From: an uncultured Solirubrobacterales bacterium
Lineage (GTDB): Bacteria; Actinomycetota; Thermoleophilia; Solirubrobacterales; Solirubrobacteraceae
DNA length: 64,000 nt
NCBI GenBank assembly: GCA_963718425.1
Contig: CAVQZJ010000037.1
Location: 331-64,330 of the forward strand
Reading direction: 5' to 3'
Shown here: piece by piece, positions 62,037 through 64,000 of the stretch
How the letters are laid out: the number at the start of each line of letters is the position of its first letter
Position numbering within the stretch: the stretch's first letter is position 1
The notes under the pieces: generated by a model
Database searches by the model: none
Seen by the model: only the letters and a program-made list of their open reading frames with translations
Told to the model about the DNA's origin: nothing
Translations under genes and position numbers: made by a program

Positions 62037-62519
62037 GCCCGATCGCGCCGGGCAATCCCGGCAGCAGGCGATCGACCTGTTCGTCGAGGCCCTCAAGCCC
62101 TTGGCCGAGCATGCCCACAAGCAGGACGTCCTGCTCCTGATCGAGCCCGAGCCGGGGCTCCTGATCGAGACGACCGAGCAATACCTGGAGGTCGCCGAGC
62201 GGGTCGAATGCACCCGCGATCGGCCTGAACTTCGACGTCGGCCACGCCTATTGCATGGCCGAAGACATCCCCGGGCGGTCCACCGGCTCGCGGCGCACAC
62301 CCGCCATTATCACTTCGAAGACATAGCCGCCACCCGGGTCCATCACCACCTGGTCCCCGGGCCCGGGGGCGATCGACTTCGGCCGAGGTCGTCGAGGCCA
62401 TCGAGGGGACGGGCTACGACGGCTGGATCACCGTCGAGCTTTATCCCAACGTCGACGACCCCGACGCCGCGGCGAGGGGGGCGCTGGACGTCCTCCGGCT
62501 GCTCGTGAAGGCGTCCTGA
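62037..62519 (+). CDS. 3' part of a sugar-phosphate isomerase/epimerase (xylose isomerase-like TIM barrel), several frameshifts
   Basis: LLIEPEPGLLIE, LNFDVGH, HYHFEDIAATRVHHHLVPG, GYDGWITVELYP spread over frames. Confidence 0.75.
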
Positions 62520-62526
62520 GGCCCCG

Positions 62527-63433
62527 ATGCGACGGCTCAAGCCTTATCTCCAGCTCGTCCGCCTGCCCAACCTCTTCACCGCCGCGGCCGACCCGCTCGC
62601 CGGCTGGCTCCTCGTCGGCCGGGCCCTGGTAGAAGCCGGGGCTGGGGCCCGCTCGTCCCGGGTCGGTGCGTGACCTTGTATGCCGCGGGGATGGTCCTCA
62701 ACGACGTCCTCGACTTCGAGGTCGACCGCCGCGAGCGACCGGGCCGGCCGTTGCCGTCGGGCCGGGTCTCGCGGCGAGCCGCGGCGATCCTCGGGGCGGC
62801 CCTCCTCCTGATCGGTCCGCTGGCCGGGGTCGCGGGCGGGCGGGGCGGATCGGCGGCGCCGTGCTCTGGTGGGGTGCGTCCTGGCTATGACGGCTCTTCT
62901 GAGCGGATGCCGGTCGGGCCGCTGGCCATGGGCGGGGTGCCGGTCGCTGAATTTCTGCCGGGGATGTCGGCCGACCCCGACCGGCGGGCCCGGGGGATGG
63001 CTAGCGGCCTCGGCGTTCGGGCTGTTCGTCGCCGGGGTGACGTGGATCAGCCGGCACGAGGCCGGGGACGAGGCCGATGACAGCCGGGCGCGGGGCGTCG
63101 TCGCGGGGATGGCCGTGCAGGACCTCGCGATCCTCGGGCTGATCGCCGCGGCCCTGCGGGTCTTCCCGTTTCCGGGGGGAAGGAGGCTCCCGGCCGATCG
63201 GCGCCGGCCGGAAGGGCTGCCCGTCCTTCCGCCGACGGCGTGGGCAATCAATCGGGCCGATGCCCGCGCCTTCCGCGACCCTCGCCGGCGCGGCTCCACG
63301 GCGGTGAAGACGGGGGCTCGCCATCTCTGGTTGACGTCGGCCGGCGGCCGCGGTCCGCGGCCCCGGTGCAGCTTCGTGTGTCGCCGCTCTGGGTGCCCGC
63401 GTACGTGCTGGCGAAGTGGCTTACGCTACCTGA
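62527..63433 (+). CDS. UbiA prenyltransferase (EboC-like), heavily frameshifted
   Basis: MRRLKPYLQLVRLPNLFTAAAD; LYAAGMVLNDVLDFEVDRRERPGRPLPSGRV; CRSLN. Confidence 0.75.
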
Positions 63434-63950
63434 CGGCCGAGTCTTCCGTTGTCGCGATATCGGGCAATCCTGCCGAAGATCGGGCAGGACGACCCGGTGT
63501 CGACGGGGGTCTCATGCAGTGACAGGGCCGCGTCTCCCGGCCCTTCCTGGCGAATTCGGGCCGGTTTTTCCCGGCCATCGGGCCTTTCCCGGGCTGAGAC
63601 GGCGGCCTCCGCCGGAGCCGCGGCACGGTGCTTGCGTCAGAGCCCCCTTGACACGCGGCGATTTGTGCCAGTCCAGGCGCTCGACCTTTCCATCGAGTTC
63701 GCCTACTCTATTCTAGTCAGCGTCCCGCCCTCACAGCCCGTCATCGCCCAGACGTACGCGTTCCCTCGATCGTCACGCCGCCGGTGAACTCCCGCTGTCC
63801 GACGCAGAAGGAGCGGTCCGACCAACTCGTGGAAGTGCTCGCCTTGGGGGCACCCGACCCAAAACCGGATGCGACACCGCATCCCGTCTCGGGAATCGTC
63901 TTCATTTCATCGTTTCCCCCACGGCCCGGAGAGAAAGGAAGGATCGATCC

Positions 63951-64000
63951 ATGACAAGTCGCACCCTGCCGCGGTCCCGCCGAGCCTTCACGCTGATCGA
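63951..64000 (+). CDS. Start of a prepilin-type N-terminal cleavage/methylation protein (DUF1559-like)
   Basis: MTSRTLPRSRRAFTLIE after a GAAAGGAAGG RBS. Confidence 0.7.
   Translation, partial: MTSRTLPRSRRAFTLI

Noticed and set aside
62036..62300. N-terminal part of ORF 60300-62300
   Set aside because: It is the antisense of the isomerase across the junction and has no signal peptide.

Overview
Bases 1 to ~62035 are GC-rich actinobacterial DNA, most consistent with Solirubrobacterales/Thermoleophilia (inferred from gene repertoire and protein style). They carry ordinary housekeeping and accessory modules: several TetR/PadR/MarR/ArsR regulators with visible operators, hydrolases, a carotenoid oxygenase, an alkyl sulfatase, RecQ, NhaA-DsbA, Ada/AlkA-Ogt, a CsoR metal module, MFS pumps and two toxin-antitoxin-like pairs. 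Interspersed are at least 11 large secreted proteins with a 'signal peptide - variable head - FN3/Ig stalk - S/T/P/G or E/K/A linker - basic C-terminal domain' design. Five end in the same K/R-rich two-cysteine tail and six end in a basic beta-sandwich-like domain. None has an LPXTG motif or a C-terminal membrane anchor, so these tails are the best candidate for an undescribed surface-sorting system. At ~62035 a secreted-protein gene is cut mid-ORF and joined to frameshift-rich Planctomycete-like DNA, most likely an assembly chimera. Scattered indels suggest an imperfectly polished long-read assembly. No rRNA, tRNA, CRISPR array, integrase or transposase was recognised.
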